A stretch of 41,098 nucleotides of DNA from Campylobacterales bacterium. GTDB lineage: Bacteria > Campylobacterota > Campylobacteria > Campylobacterales > Sulfurimonadaceae. Positions 1 to 10,925 of this stretch are shown here, one piece after another; the first letter of the stretch is position 1, and the number at the start of each line of letters is the position of its first letter. The stretch lies in NCBI GenBank assembly GCA_038205935.1, contig JBBRBK010000013.1:1-41098 (forward strand). The letters run 5' to 3'. Made by a program: the position numbers and the translations under genes. A model generated the notes under the pieces. It had not been told where the DNA came from, searched no databases, and saw only the letters and a program-made list of their open reading frames with translations.

Positions 1-514
1 CATAAAAAGTAAGTTGGTCCAATATTTTCACTCCACCGATGCCAAGAACGATCTCTTGAGCCACACGAGTTCTTTCATTTGATTCATACAATTTATGAGT
101 AATGGTTCGAGAGAGATAATCATTTTCATCTATATCAGTTGAAAGTAGGATAATAGGTGCGGTTCCAAATACCTCACTATGAAGTAAAAACGCTTTTACG
201 ACAACATCTTTTGTTTGGACTTTAACAGTGACTTTTTCTTTGAGTTCTTCTAAAAAATAGTAATATTTACGAGTATATTGAGGTTTTAAAGTACGATCTT
301 CGTTTCGTTCTTGATCATAATAACCAAAGCTCCACAAAAGGCCGATACCTATGACATTTTGTTTAAGATCATAGGCACTGCGCATGTGTGAACCCGCTAA
401 AAAGCCAAGTCCTCCTGAGTAAATTTTCAAGGCTTGATCGATGGCAAATTCCATGGAAAAGTAAGCAACGCTTGTAGTACATTTTGGACTTATATCATAA
501 GAGTGAAGTTTCAT
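1..514 (-). CDS. glgP: alpha-glucan (glycogen/maltodextrin) phosphorylase, N-terminal part; runs off the window
   Basis: Not in the ORF track; translated by hand from ATG at 514: MKLHSYDISPKCTTSVAYFSMEFAIDQALKIYSGGLGFLAGSHMRSAYDL...QEIVLGIGG. VAYFSMEF, YSGGLGFLAG and QEIVLGIGG are GT35 phosphorylase signatures. AAGG SD-like sequence upstream. Confidence 0.9.
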   Translation of the reverse strand, partial: MKLHSYDISPKCTTSVAYFSMEFAIDQALKIYSGGLGFLAGSHMRSAYDLKQNVIGIGLLWSFGYYDQERNEDRTLKPQYTRKYYYFLEELKEKVTVKVQTKDVVVKAFLLHSEVFGTAPIILLSTDIDENDYLSRTITHKLYESNERTRVAQEIVLGIGGVKILDQLTFY

Positions 515-680
515 AAATTACCTTACATGTTTGAGCTATTCTTATGATTATACACAATGTTGATAACGATTACGTATCAATATTGCTTAAATTTTGACTA
601 AAGCTACTATGTTATAAAAAGTTAAGTAAATTAGAATGAAAAATTAAAAAGGAGGAAATAGATTTTGCAAGAACAATGTT

Positions 681-1514
681 TTATAATTGTTCTTTATTTG
701 TTATTGAAGCGACCACTTTTTGAATGATCCAATCGGGAGTAGAAGCTCCAGCGCTGATGCCACAGAGTTCTTTCCCGTCAAACCAAGAAAAGTCAATATC
801 ATTTTCATCTTCAATGTGATAACTATCTGGACAAAACTCTTTTGCGATGCTAAAAAGTTGTTTTGTATTTGACGAGTTTTTACCACCAATGATGATCATT
901 ACATCAGCTCTTTTTGCAAGCTTTCGTACCGCATCTTGATTTTCAAATGTTGCATTACAAATAGTATTAAAAACTCTCACTTCTTTATGACGTGGGATTA
1001 AGTAATTGGCAACTTCGAGATAATCTTCCACTTTTCTTGTTGTTTGCGCCACCAACGCTATATGATCTTTAAGTTTTAAATTTTCTACATCTTTTACAGA
1101 GCTCACAACATATGCGCCATCAGATGCATAACTTTTCACGCCCTTAATCTCGGGATGTTCATCATCGCCAAAGATGATAATATCATATCCAAGTGCGCTC
1201 ATCTCTTCACAAATCTGCTGCGGTTTTGTCACATAAGGGCAAGTCGCATCGACAACATTTACGCCTTTCTCTTTTAAAAATTTAAGGTCAGCTTTTGGAA
1301 TACCATGCGTTCGTATGACAGCTTTATCTCCAGTTTTAAAAGTGGAAATATCTTCAGTCAAACCAACTTTATAATCAAGATCGAGTCTTTCTATCTCTTT
1401 TGCATTATGAATTAATGGCCCATAAGTGACAGAATTTTTATTTTCTTCTGCGATTTTTATCGCGCGTTTGACACCAAAACAAAAGCCATAATTCTCAGCA
1501 AGTTCTATTTTCAT
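681..1514 (-). CDS. ispH: 4-hydroxy-3-methylbut-2-enyl diphosphate reductase
   Basis: GFCFGV, DATCP, NTICNAT (three Fe-S Cys), SSN and AGASTP motifs. Confidence 0.97.
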   Translation of the reverse strand: MKIELAENYGFCFGVKRAIKIAEENKNSVTYGPLIHNAKEIERLDLDYKVGLTEDISTFKTGDKAVIRTHGIPKADLKFLKEKGVNVVDATCPYVTKPQQICEEMSALGYDIIIFGDDEHPEIKGVKSYASDGAYVVSSVKDVENLKLKDHIALVAQTTRKVEDYLEVANYLIPRHKEVRVFNTICNATFENQDAVRKLAKRADVMIIIGGKNSSNTKQLFSIAKEFCPDSYHIEDENDIDFSWFDGKELCGISAGASTPDWIIQKVVASITNKEQL

Positions 1515-1515
1515 T

Positions 1516-2796
1516 TTACATGTACTCGATTTTTGTTAAATTTTCTAAAAGTTCAAAAAAGTTTGGAAATGAAGTTTGAATACAATCAATATCTTTCACT
1601 TGCATACCGCATCGCAGACCTGCAATAATAAAACTCATAGCGATTCTGTGATCTCCGTGACTGTCAATAACTGCGCTACGGAGCTCTCCACCTTTGACGC
1701 TATATCCATCTTCAACTTCAACCACTTCAATACCACAAGCCTTAAGACCTGTAACAACGGTAGAGATTCTATCAGACTCTTTTACGCGAAGTTCTTCGGC
1801 ATTTTTTACGACGCTTACCCCCTGCGCACAGGCAAATGCGATGGAAAGAGCGGGAAGTTCATCGATGAGCCAAGAGATATTATCTTCGATTGTTATCGCA
1901 TGAAGTGGAGCATATTTAACTGTAATATCGCCAATAGGTTCATATTTATCATCGGTAAGTTTATAGCTAATATCCGCGCCCATACGTTCGAGCGCTTTAA
2001 ATGCTTCGATGCGAGTTTTATTAAGAGTAACACCCTCTAAAACGACACAAGAATCAGGAGTAATGGCAGCAGCTACTGCAAAGAAAAATGCACTTGAAGG
2101 ATCAGCTGGAACTCTTATATCTAAAGGTGATAAAAGCCCTTGCATCGGTGCTATCGTCGTTTTAAGTCCCTCTACACGTAAGTCAGCGCCCATCCCTTTT
2201 AACATGCGCTCAGTATGGTCACGACTAAGTTCAGGTTCTGTGTAAGTACAAACTCCATCAGAGCGAAGCGCCGCGAGTATCATCGCGCTTTTGACTTGAG
2301 CAGAAGCTATTTTGCTCTCATAATGAAATGCTTTTAGTGAAGCACCTCTTATGCTTAGTGGCGCTAAATCTCCATCATTTCTTCCATCAAGTTTTGCGCC
2401 GATAGAACGTAGTGGAGCGGTAACCCTTTTCATAGGACGACGGCAAAGATATTCATCGCCGCTCAAAATAAAATGTCCTTCCGCTGAACTTAAAAGTCCA
2501 CAAAAAAGACGCATTCCAGTTCCAGAATTTCCGCAATCTAAGATGTTTTCACTCTCTTTGATGCCTGAAGAACTTATGATAATGAATTCTCCATCATCTT
2601 GGACATTTGCACCTAAGTTTTTGACGATCTCTAATGAGTTTAAAGTATCTTCAGCACGTAAGAAGTTTCTAATCTTCGACTCGCCATCTGCAAGGAGAGC
2701 AAACATCACACAGCGATGAGAGATAGATTTATCAGAAGCGATCTTATCTGTTTTAAAATCAAAAGGCTTTGCCGGAACTATTTTGACACTTTTCAT
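1516..2796 (-). CDS. aroA: 3-phosphoshikimate 1-carboxyvinyltransferase (EPSP synthase)
   Basis: [27 protein letters not shown] and DHRIAM motifs. Confidence 0.97.
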   Translation of the reverse strand: MKSVKIVPAKPFDFKTDKIASDKSISHRCVMFALLADGESKIRNFLRAEDTLNSLEIVKNLGANVQDDGEFIIISSSGIKESENILDCGNSGTGMRLFCGLLSSAEGHFILSGDEYLCRRPMKRVTAPLRSIGAKLDGRNDGDLAPLSIRGASLKAFHYESKIASAQVKSAMILAALRSDGVCTYTEPELSRDHTERMLKGMGADLRVEGLKTTIAPMQGLLSPLDIRVPADPSSAFFFAVAAAITPDSCVVLEGVTLNKTRIEAFKALERMGADISYKLTDDKYEPIGDITVKYAPLHAITIEDNISWLIDELPALSIAFACAQGVSVVKNAEELRVKESDRISTVVTGLKACGIEVVEVEDGYSVKGGELRSAVIDSHGDHRIAMSFIIAGLRCGMQVKDIDCIQTSFPNFFELLENLTKIEYM

Positions 2797-5135
2797 CGCA
2801 GAGTTAGTCCTAGCTTTTCATTTAATGCATTTAAAATAGCATTCATATTTGAAGTAATATCATCCTCTTCAAGTGTTTTTTCCAAAGATTGCAACACAAA
2901 ACGCAAAGTTAAACTTGAGTTCTCACCTAAGCTTTGATCGATATATTTATCTACAGGATAAAAGCGTACTATTTGCTCTGATTTACTCTCTTTGATAACT
3001 TGTTGTATCTCATCATACGTTAAACTGTTTGGTACAACAAGACTTAAATCTCTAAAAGAAGCTTGATATCTTGAGTATGGTTTTGCTTCAACAAGATGAA
3101 ATGACAACTTACTAAAATCGATCTCACAGATAAAAGTTTCATCCAAATCCATTGTATCTTGAACCATCGGATGGAGTTTAAACAGCTCACCGATTGCTTG
3201 ATTATTGAGCATCACTTTTGCACACTGGTAAGGATTTGCCAGTGTATGTTCAGGTGTATATGCAACTAAATCAATATCACCTACAACATTTGAAACTAAC
3301 TGAACAAAAGCACCAAAATCCATTTTGCTAGATTTTCCGCCATTTAAAATTCCATCTTTATATGCATCACCGCTGTAGATAAACGCCATTTTTGTAGACT
3401 CTTCGCGCGTGGATGAAAAAACAGAACCTATTTCAAAAAGTCTGACATCTTTGTATCCTGATTTTACATTTAAACTGACTGCATTTAAAAGACCTAGCAT
3501 TAAAGTTGGGCGCATTGTGTCTAAAGTGTTTACAATTGGATTTAAAAGTTCAAGAGTTTCATCTATACATGCAAAGCCGTGCTCTTTAAGTTTTAACTTT
3601 TCATTAAATACAAAATGTACCGTTTCAAAAAAGCCTTGATTTGCAGCACTATGTCTGTATTTTCTTAATTTCTTAAATTCAAAATATCCATCTGATAAAG
3701 GATTTTTTTCTTTGAGAATAAATGGTTTTGAGGGAATATTGTCTATTCCAACAAGACGTACAATCTCTTCAACAATATCTTGTTTATTGACAATATCATG
3801 ACGGTATCTAGGAACACAAACAACAAAGTTCGTCCCTTGTGATTTACTGATATCAAACCCTAAATTTTGAAGAATTTTTGTGATCGTTGTTTTATCTATA
3901 TTCGCACCAATGATACTATTAATTTCATCAACTGATATACTAATCAGAACAGGCTCATGTTCGTCACAAAGTTCTATACTTCCACCATATATTTCAGAGC
4001 TTGAATTTTTATCAAACAATCCTATACAATAGTTAAGCCCAATATTAAGTGTCGGTTCACTGCCTCGTGAAGTTCTATAAAAAAGATGCCCGCTTTCGAT
4101 CTTGTTTTCTGCCATCTGCTTAGAGATAACATGTGGAGGAATATAACTCGCTTCAATAATTGCTATGCCATCATTGTCAGACATTTTAGAACAATCTTGT
4201 TGATTGACTCCTACCACTGAAGCTACTTTTTCCTTTGCGTAAATAGTTGAAAATCCAAGATTATCAAGGGATAATGAGATTTTTGCTTTTTTCTCTGCAT
4301 CGTCACTGACTTTAAAAAAGTTGTAATCATATGCTCTGAGTACTACTCCTGTTGTATATGTCGTATAAAATAAAAATGAATCAAGGTCAGAGGATTGCTT
4401 TTCTTCTATCTGGGCCAAACGAAGTGAGATTAAAAATGGTATTTTCAGCTCTTTCATTTCGATTGCTTTATATCTTAAATTGACATTTAAACCATCTGTA
4501 TGAGTTAGTTGGAGAATTCTGCCGATGCCCATACGTCTTTCTTCACCCTCGCCATCAGCTATCTTAAGAAGCGGACGATTATAAGCAGCACAAAGGTCAC
4601 GTGCCACTCCATAGATACTCAAACAATCGCCTCTGTTGGCAGTAAGTTCTATCTCAATAAGCGTATCTTGTAGATATCTGTTTTCACAAAGTTCTTGTCC
4701 AAGTTTAATCTTGCCGATCGAACTATCAAACTCTATGATTCCACTGCTTGCATCTGCAAGACCAAGCTCGCTTGCAGAACAGATCATCCCCTCGCTGTCT
4801 ACACCGCGAAGTTGTACAGGTTTGATCTCTAAACCATTTAGCATCACTGCGCCAAGCGTAGCGACGGCCACATGTAAACCTTTTCGCACATTTGAAGCAC
4901 CACAAACAATCTGATGCACAGCCGTTCCGACATCTACTTTACAAACATTAAGTTTATCAGCATCTGGGTGTTTTTCGCACTCTAAGACGTGACCAAAAAC
5001 TATTTTTGCAGGTATCTTGTATTGGACAACTCTATCAACTTCTAAACCAATAGAATTGAGTGTTTTTGCCAACTCATCTGCTGATTTATCTTCGATATTA
5101 ATAAACTGGTTTAACCAACTTTTTGTAATTATCAT
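2793..5135 (-). CDS. pheT: phenylalanine--tRNA ligase beta subunit
   Basis: KHPDADKL and IVCGASN OB-fold, [13 protein letters not shown]...DIVEEIVR, C-terminal RDLS FDX-ACB domain. Confidence 0.97.
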   Translation of the reverse strand: MIITKSWLNQFINIEDKSADELAKTLNSIGLEVDRVVQYKIPAKIVFGHVLECEKHPDADKLNVCKVDVGTAVHQIVCGASNVRKGLHVAVATLGAVMLNGLEIKPVQLRGVDSEGMICSASELGLADASSGIIEFDSSIGKIKLGQELCENRYLQDTLIEIELTANRGDCLSIYGVARDLCAAYNRPLLKIADGEGEERRMGIGRILQLTHTDGLNVNLRYKAIEMKELKIPFLISLRLAQIEEKQSSDLDSFLFYTTYTTGVVLRAYDYNFFKVSDDAEKKAKISLSLDNLGFSTIYAKEKVASVVGVNQQDCSKMSDNDGIAIIEASYIPPHVISKQMAENKIESGHLFYRTSRGSEPTLNIGLNYCIGLFDKNSSSEIYGGSIELCDEHEPVLISISVDEINSIIGANIDKTTITKILQNLGFDISKSQGTNFVVCVPRYRHDIVNKQDIVEEIVRLVGIDNIPSKPFILKEKNPLSDGYFEFKKLRKYRHSAANQGFFETVHFVFNEKLKLKEHGFACIDETLELLNPIVNTLDTMRPTLMLGLLNAVSLNVKSGYKDVRLFEIGSVFSSTREESTKMAFIYSGDAYKDGILNGGKSSKMDFGAFVQLVSNVVGDIDLVAYTPEHTLANPYQCAKVMLNNQAIGELFKLHPMVQDTMDLDETFICEIDFSKLSFHLVEAKPYSRYQASFRDLSLVVPNSLTYDEIQQVIKESKSEQIVRFYPVDKYIDQSLGENSSLTLRFVLQSLEKTLEEDDITSNMNAILNALNEKLGLTLR

Positions 5136-6124
5136 TGAAACTGCTCCAATAGTCTAACATCTCCCTCAAATAAAGAGCGAAGGTCTCCAATATGATGAAT
5201 AAGCATCGCAAAGCGCTCAACGCCAAGTCCAAATGCATATCCACTTACATTTTCATATCCGACCGCTTTAAAAACATTCGGATCCACAATTCCACATCCT
5301 AAAACTTCAAGCCAGCCTGTATGTGAACAAACGCGACATCCATTACCTTTACAGAAGATACATGAGATATCTACTTCAGCTGAAGGCTCCGTGAAAGGAA
5401 AAAAGCTTGGTCTAAAACGTACTTCAACATCACCGAACATATATTTTAAGAAATCTTCTAAGATATATTTGAGATTTGCAAAAGAAACTTTTCCCTCTTC
5501 ATCGACAAGTAAACCCTCAACTTGATGAAACATCGGAGTGTGTGTGAGATCATAATCACGGCGAAATACAGCACCCGGAGCAATCATACGAATAGGAGGT
5601 TTTGTATGAAGCATTGTGCGAATCTGAACTGGTGAAGTATGTGTACGAAGCAACATCTCATCTTTAAAATAAAAAGTATCTTGCATATCGCGCGCAGGAT
5701 GATACTTAGGCAGATTTAATGCTTCAAAGTTATGAAAATCATCTTCAACCATCGGCCCAGTTTCAACAGAAAAGTTCATAGATGAAAAATACTCTACGAT
5801 TCTATCCATCGTCTCCATAACAGGATGCAGTGCACCTTTTCTTGAAGTTGTAGAGTAAAGAGATACATCAAGAGCCTCAGCCTTCATAGCCTCATAAAGT
5901 TCTTTTGTCTGTAAAACTGTTTTTTGTTGGTTAAATAATGAGGTCAGCTCATTTTTATGGGTATTGAGCTCTTTTGCAAAGTTTGCTTTTTCCTCATTTG
6001 GCACAGCTTTCATCTCTTCAAACTGTTTTGCCAAAATACCTTTTTTGCCAAAAATCGCTATACGTATATTTTCTAAATCTTCAACGCTAATAGCTGTTTG
6101 GATTTTGTCATACCACTCTTTCAA
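5132..6124 (-). CDS. pheS: phenylalanine--tRNA ligase alpha subunit
   Basis: [26 protein letters not shown] and [13 protein letters not shown] motifs. Start placed at TTG 6124 behind a GGAG SD rather than the track start 6163. Confidence 0.96.
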   Translation of the reverse strand: MKEWYDKIQTAISVEDLENIRIAIFGKKGILAKQFEEMKAVPNEEKANFAKELNTHKNELTSLFNQQKTVLQTKELYEAMKAEALDVSLYSTTSRKGALHPVMETMDRIVEYFSSMNFSVETGPMVEDDFHNFEALNLPKYHPARDMQDTFYFKDEMLLRTHTSPVQIRTMLHTKPPIRMIAPGAVFRRDYDLTHTPMFHQVEGLLVDEEGKVSFANLKYILEDFLKYMFGDVEVRFRPSFFPFTEPSAEVDISCIFCKGNGCRVCSHTGWLEVLGCGIVDPNVFKAVGYENVSGYAFGLGVERFAMLIHHIGDLRSLFEGDVRLLEQFQ

Positions 6125-6231
6125 ATAGAGTCTCCAGTAGTTTATTTTTTTTGGATTGTACAAAAAACTCCATTACAAAAAGCTTGATGAATTGATTGCG
6201 CCTCATATTTAAAGTAAAAAAATAACATTTA

Positions 6232-6240
6232 TGATAAAAT
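6232..6240 (+). promoter_or_regulatory. putative extended -10 sigma70 promoter (TGATAAAAT) for the HIT gene
   Basis: TGnTAAAAT about 37 nt upstream of ATG 6278. Confidence 0.5.
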
Positions 6241-6277
6241 TTAGCCTTAATTTACGACAGCATGAAAGAGGTTTAAA

Positions 6278-6634
6278 ATGTGTTTATTTTGCAAAATTGT
6301 TAATAACGAGATTCCAGCAAATATCGAACTAGAAAATGATGATTTTATTGCGTTTCATGATATCAATCCAAAAGCTCCGGTTCATATTTTGGCGATTCCA
6401 AAGCACCATGTAGACAGTTTTAATGAAGTTTCTCCTGAGACTATGAAGGGGATGACTTCATTTATTCAAGAAGTAGCTAAACGTCTTGGCATCGATAAAA
6501 GCGGATATAGAGTGATCACAAATGTTGGAGAAAATGGTGGTCAAGAGATACAACATCTTCACTGGCATATTCTTGGAGGCTCAAAACTTAAATGGGACCA
6601 TATGGCAGATGCCGATCCTCAAGATTTCTTTTAA
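6278..6634 (+). CDS. hinT: histidine triad (HIT) nucleotide-binding protein
   Basis: CLFCKI start, DINPKAPVH, GQEIQHLHWHI triad; divergent from pheS. Confidence 0.92.
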   Translation: MCLFCKIVNNEIPANIELENDDFIAFHDINPKAPVHILAIPKHHVDSFNEVSPETMKGMTSFIQEVAKRLGIDKSGYRVITNVGENGGQEIQHLHWHILGGSKLKWDHMADADPQDFF

Positions 6635-6651
6635 AAAAGATTTTAGAAGTT

Positions 6652-6686
6652 CTTACATGTAAAGCTTTTAGACCTTTACATGTAAG
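6652..6686. terminator. probable bidirectional intrinsic terminator built from two TACATGTA copies
   Basis: CTTACATGTAAAG (6652-6664) and CTTTACATGTAAG (6674-6686) are exact reverse complements with a 9-nt loop, followed by CCTTTTTT; lies between convergent genes. Confidence 0.75.
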
Positions 6687-6692
6687 CCTTTT

Positions 6693-7157
6693 TTACTGCG
6701 GACAACTCTCAATTTCACCCATATCTATCTTCACACCGCCGCCTGAGATCATCACTTCGTTTTCTCTGATTGTTTTGCCATTATGAATAATTGTATAACT
6801 TATCTTTACGCTATCGCGAATCGTATTGATTGTTGAACAGTAAGTCTCTAAAGATGCCATTACAAAGCGCGCTGCCATCGTATCATCCGCGTCAGAATCA
6901 AAGTTATAAGTAAGATGAAGCGTGTTGAATTTACGAGGAAAATCTTCATTTCGCTCAGCATCACCTTCGACGCTGAGATTTGTCACAGTTTTTCCCTGAT
7001 TTTTAGGGATCATAATCATATCTGTTGCGCTACATGCGATGATACTGCTTAGAAAATACTCAATCGGACTGATTTGTGGGCAATCAATAATAAAACTACT
7101 TTTTTCTGTTTTGGCTTCAAAAGCCATTCCCTCTTTATGTGAAACAACTATTTTCAT
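6693..7157 (-). CDS. OsmC/Ohr family protein
   Basis: SPIEYFLSSIIAC...ETYCST, the two conserved Cys of the OsmC fold. Confidence 0.85.
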   Translation of the reverse strand: MKIVVSHKEGMAFEAKTEKSSFIIDCPQISPIEYFLSSIIACSATDMIMIPKNQGKTVTNLSVEGDAERNEDFPRKFNTLHLTYNFDSDADDTMAARFVMASLETYCSTINTIRDSVKISYTIIHNGKTIRENEVMISGGGVKIDMGEIESCPQ

Positions 7158-7159
7158 GA

Positions 7160-8542
7160 CTATTTCTCTCCCAAATAATTTTTAAAATATTCCAACTGCT
7201 CTAATGTACCTTTGGTTGATGTTCCGCCTTGTGACGTTCTTGCGTTCATCGAATTTTTAATCGAAAGCTTTTCTATCACATCATCTTGAATTCTGTTGTC
7301 AATTTTGTGCAACTCTTCGTAAGCGATATCACTGAGATCGATTTTAAGTTCTTCACTTTTTGCAACCGCTTTTCCAGTAATAAAATGCGCTTCACGAAAT
7401 GGAATTCCACATTTTTCTACGAGATAATCAGCCAAATCCGTAGCACTCAAATGCCCTACTTTACACGCACTGTGCATATTTTCAACTTTAATGTCCATAG
7501 TTGCTAAGGCTTCTTTTAAGATTTCAAGTGAAAGTTCCGCCGTTTCAACAGCGTCAAAAACACCCTCTTTATCTTCTTGAGTATCTTTGTTATATGCTAA
7601 AGGAAGCCCTTTCATAACTGTTAAAAGTCCCATCAAAGAACCATAAACACGTCCAGTTTTTCCACGTAAAAGTTCAGGAACATCAGGATTTTTTTTCTGA
7701 GGCATGATGGATGAACCAGTTGAGTATTCATCACTCAGCTCGATAAATTTAAACTCATAACTTGACCACATGACAAGCTCTTCGCTAAGCCTAGAGATAT
7801 GCATCATCATAGTCGAAATATTAAATAAAATCTCTAAAGCAAAATCGCGATCACTGACAGTATCGAGACAATTAACACTTACAGAATCAAAACCTAGAAG
7901 TTCCGCCGTATAAGCACGGTCTATCTTGTGCGGTGTTCCTGCAAGTGCGGCACATCCAAGAGGAGAGAAATTATTACGAAGGAATGAGCTTTCAAATCTC
8001 TCAATATCGCGTTTAAACATTGAGACATACGCAAGCATGTGAAATCCAAAGTTGATAGGCTGAGCGTGTTGTAAATGCGTCATACCCGGTAAAAGTGTCT
8101 CGGTATGATTTGATGCAATGTCTACCAAAACTTCCATCACCCCTTTTATGGCAACAACGATCTCTTTGTTTTTACGTAAAACATATCTTCTAAAATCTAC
8201 TGCAACTTGATCATTTCTACTACGTGCCGTATGGAGTTTTTTACCAGCCTCACCGATGATGGCAGTGAGTCTTTTTTCAATCGCCATATGCAGGTCTTCA
8301 TCACTGATTTTCCATTCAAATTCGCCAGATTCTATCTCATCTTTGACTTGATGAAGTCCTTTGATAATTAAATCCAGTTCATCTTGTGTGAGTATTTTTT
8401 GCTTTGTAAGCATAGTTGCATGAGCGATCGATCCCTCAATATCTTCGAGGTAAAGTTTTCGATCAAACATAATTGAAGCATTGAAAGCGTCAAGTAAAGA
8501 GGATGCGCCTTTAGTAAAACGGCCAGACCACATTTTGTCCAT
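7160..8542 (-). CDS. argH: argininosuccinate lyase
   Basis: [27 protein letters not shown] and YNKDTQEDK motifs. Confidence 0.98.
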   Translation of the reverse strand: MDKMWSGRFTKGASSLLDAFNASIMFDRKLYLEDIEGSIAHATMLTKQKILTQDELDLIIKGLHQVKDEIESGEFEWKISDEDLHMAIEKRLTAIIGEAGKKLHTARSRNDQVAVDFRRYVLRKNKEIVVAIKGVMEVLVDIASNHTETLLPGMTHLQHAQPINFGFHMLAYVSMFKRDIERFESSFLRNNFSPLGCAALAGTPHKIDRAYTAELLGFDSVSVNCLDTVSDRDFALEILFNISTMMMHISRLSEELVMWSSYEFKFIELSDEYSTGSSIMPQKKNPDVPELLRGKTGRVYGSLMGLLTVMKGLPLAYNKDTQEDKEGVFDAVETAELSLEILKEALATMDIKVENMHSACKVGHLSATDLADYLVEKCGIPFREAHFITGKAVAKSEELKIDLSDIAYEELHKIDNRIQDDVIEKLSIKNSMNARTSQGGTSTKGTLEQLEYFKNYLGEK

Positions 8543-8643
8543 AATTTCTCCAAGTAAAAAAGTAAAGAATTTTAACTAAAATTGTTATAAGCTAGGCTTA
8601 GGGGAGTTTTGTTGCACCTATGCCAAGAAACATAGGGCTGAGT

Positions 8644-8979
8644 TTAGTTACACGCGGGAACTTTACCACTGTCTTTTGAGTATTCCATCAAAAAATCTTT
8701 TAAGTGTTTTGTTTTTGATTCAAACTGATCACTTTTAAAATACTCCCAAGAATCTTTAGCTTTTTGGCTCTCTGTATGCATTCTTGAAAGCTCTTCTCCA
8801 TCATTATTAAACATTTTTCTCCACTCTCTTCCTCTTTTGGAAGCAGCCATCGCTTGTCCCCCACCGTGGCATGCACGACACTCTTTAACATATATGCGCT
8901 GTCCTTTGTATACAGCTGCGCTAGCTGTTAATTCAGCAATGAAAAACAGGGAAATTACAGAAGCCAATATTTTATTCAT
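8644..8979 (-). CDS. small exported monoheme c-type cytochrome
   Basis: Signal peptide, CRACH heme motif, C-terminal DSGKVPAC; ATG 8979 follows AAGG. Confidence 0.85.
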   Translation of the reverse strand: MNKILASVISLFFIAELTASAAVYKGQRIYVKECRACHGGGQAMAASKRGREWRKMFNNDGEELSRMHTESQKAKDSWEYFKSDQFESKTKHLKDFLMEYSKDSGKVPACN

Positions 8980-9057
8980 ACATGACACCTTTTAAAAAAT
9001 AGTTGCTCATCTTACATCAGTTTTTCTAATATATACCTTATTTGCTGATCAAAAAAT

Positions 9058-10872
9058 TTAGATCTGATATTTTTTTGTTAAATTTTCTTCAAGTGTCCAT
9101 AGATTACGCACTTTTAAGCTCTCTATAACGCTCTGTGTACATTCAACATCTCCAGGCCATTCTCTATGAAAATCATCAAGTTTATTTTTATTTGTTCCAT
9201 CAATTCCAACCATCAAGCCTGAAATAAAAATATCACGAGTAGCATCTATATTATTGACTACTCTCCACAAAAGCATATATGAATTTGCAATATCATTTTT
9301 CTCTTCATCTACAAAAATCACTATACGCAAGTTTTCTTTTAAAGCTGCCAAAGCGTCAAAACACTCTTTTAAAGATCTCGATTTTTCTACCGAGATAACG
9401 GTCACAGGATTCTTCGTATGGAGCATATATTGAACTAAGCCTACAATCTCAGGAGAAAGCTTTTGAGCGGCCAAAAGCAATTCATCCTCTCCTAAAATTT
9501 TAGGTGGCAAAACTATAGTAGCAGCTGTCACATCAATCCCAAGTTTTCCACCGACCAAAGCTTCAGGCGATGAATGATCAAGGGCGTCAGTGATCCCCTC
9601 AGATATAAATAAGCACTTCGGAGTAAACCTATTTAAGATATAGATCACAAGCGCATTATAATTTGTAAGTTTAGGAGCAGCTGCATCTAAAAAGATTGCA
9701 TGTTTGACAAAACTCATCTGCCCTGAACCCCAAAAAAGGTGCATAAACTGTTTTGCATGCCCTTTGTAAAGTGTTTGTATTTTAGCTAATACAAGATTAT
9801 GAAAAGCACCGTTTTCGGGCATGTGATAATCAAGCAAATCAGGCGCATTTGTTTTTAAAAGCGGTAAAAATATTCGCTCAGTTGCCCAACCCATATATTT
9901 ATCTTCCAAAGGTGGTTTCCCGACAACGGTCGCTAAATACACAGGATATTTTTTCGTAGTTATGGCACTCACTTTCATAATCGGATAGTTCTCTTCTAGA
10001 GTGTAATATCCCGTATGATCACCAAAAGGCCCCTCTTTTTTGAATTCCAAAGGATCAACCCAACCCTCAATCACATAATCAACATCAGAGGGAATATACA
10101 ATGGATTTGTCAGTGACGAGACAAGTTGTGCTGACTCTTTTTTAATAAGTCCATAAAGTAAAAGTTCATTCACGCCATAAGGAAGAGGAGCCGTTGCACA
10201 CCATGTATAAAGCGGATCGCCGCCTATTGCAACAGTTACTGGCATCTTTTTACCCGCTTTTTGATACTGGTCAAAAAAATGAGAAGAGTCTTTATGAATC
10301 TGCCAATGCATCCCAAGATGATTTTTGTCATACACTTGCAATCTATACATTCCAAGATTTACCATCTCACCATTAAGACTTTGTGTATAGACTTGACCCA
10401 TAGTGATAAAAGGACCGCCATCCCCTTCCCAAGTCGTAAGAATTGGAAGCTTGTAAAGATCAATTGCATCATTAAGGTATTTTATCTTTTGACATGCGCC
10501 CTCCCCTTTTAAGCGTTTTGGAAAAATATCTTTTAGAGAAAAAATATCGCCTAGCATAGAAAATTTTTCTTTCAGTCCGCTTGGAGGTTTCATGTGAAGA
10601 AGTTTTGTGATCTCATCTGCAACTGACTCGATTGGTCTGCCAAAAAGAAGTTCGCATCTTTTGTAAGAGCCAAAAATATTCATAAGTACGGGAGTTTCAA
10701 ACGTTTTAGCACTCTTTGAATCCACTGGGTGCGTAAATAGCAAAGCTTTTCCACCATCAGGCTTTTTTACTTCAGCATAAGCTAGGTGAGGAATCTCTAA
10801 ATATATATCAACGCTCTCTTGTATAATTGTAAGTTCATTTGATTTTTTTAATAAATCTATTGTCTTTTGCAT
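9058..10872 (-). CDS. UbiD-family decarboxylase (menaquinone/futalosine pathway, MqnL type)
   Basis: NLGMYRLQ, EGPFGDHTGYY, GKPPLED and TDALDHS motifs; about 600 aa; follows hemC. Confidence 0.9.
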   Translation of the reverse strand: MQKTIDLLKKSNELTIIQESVDIYLEIPHLAYAEVKKPDGGKALLFTHPVDSKSAKTFETPVLMNIFGSYKRCELLFGRPIESVADEITKLLHMKPPSGLKEKFSMLGDIFSLKDIFPKRLKGEGACQKIKYLNDAIDLYKLPILTTWEGDGGPFITMGQVYTQSLNGEMVNLGMYRLQVYDKNHLGMHWQIHKDSSHFFDQYQKAGKKMPVTVAIGGDPLYTWCATAPLPYGVNELLLYGLIKKESAQLVSSLTNPLYIPSDVDYVIEGWVDPLEFKKEGPFGDHTGYYTLEENYPIMKVSAITTKKYPVYLATVVGKPPLEDKYMGWATERIFLPLLKTNAPDLLDYHMPENGAFHNLVLAKIQTLYKGHAKQFMHLFWGSGQMSFVKHAIFLDAAAPKLTNYNALVIYILNRFTPKCLFISEGITDALDHSSPEALVGGKLGIDVTAATIVLPPKILGEDELLLAAQKLSPEIVGLVQYMLHTKNPVTVISVEKSRSLKECFDALAALKENLRIVIFVDEEKNDIANSYMLLWRVVNNIDATRDIFISGLMVGIDGTNKNKLDDFHREWPGDVECTQSVIESLKVRNLWTLEENLTKKYQI

Positions 10873-10888
10873 GGTTTCTCTTTAGTAG

Positions 10889-10914
10889 ATCTTTCCTTAC
10901 ATGTAAGGAAAGAT
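10889..10914. repeat. 26-bp perfect palindrome centred on TACATGTA (hairpin or possible terminator)
   Basis: ATCTTTCCTTACATGTAAGGAAAGAT in the hemC-ubiD spacer. Confidence 0.85.
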
Positions 10915-10925
10915 TTATGTGTTAA

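Noticed and set aside
6652..6686. TACATGTA repeats as a CRISPR array or IS ends
   Set aside because: Copies are 8-13 bp and irregularly dispersed, with no spacer periodicity and no cas or transposase gene.
8617..8636. CCTATG/CATAGG hairpin between the cytochrome gene and argH
   Set aside because: Only a 6-bp stem with no U-tract on the coding strand, too weak to call a terminator.
9058..10872. UbiD protein longer than the E. coli type, with a repeated-looking C-terminal part
   Set aside because: About 600 aa is normal for the menaquinone-pathway decarboxylases of Campylobacterota.
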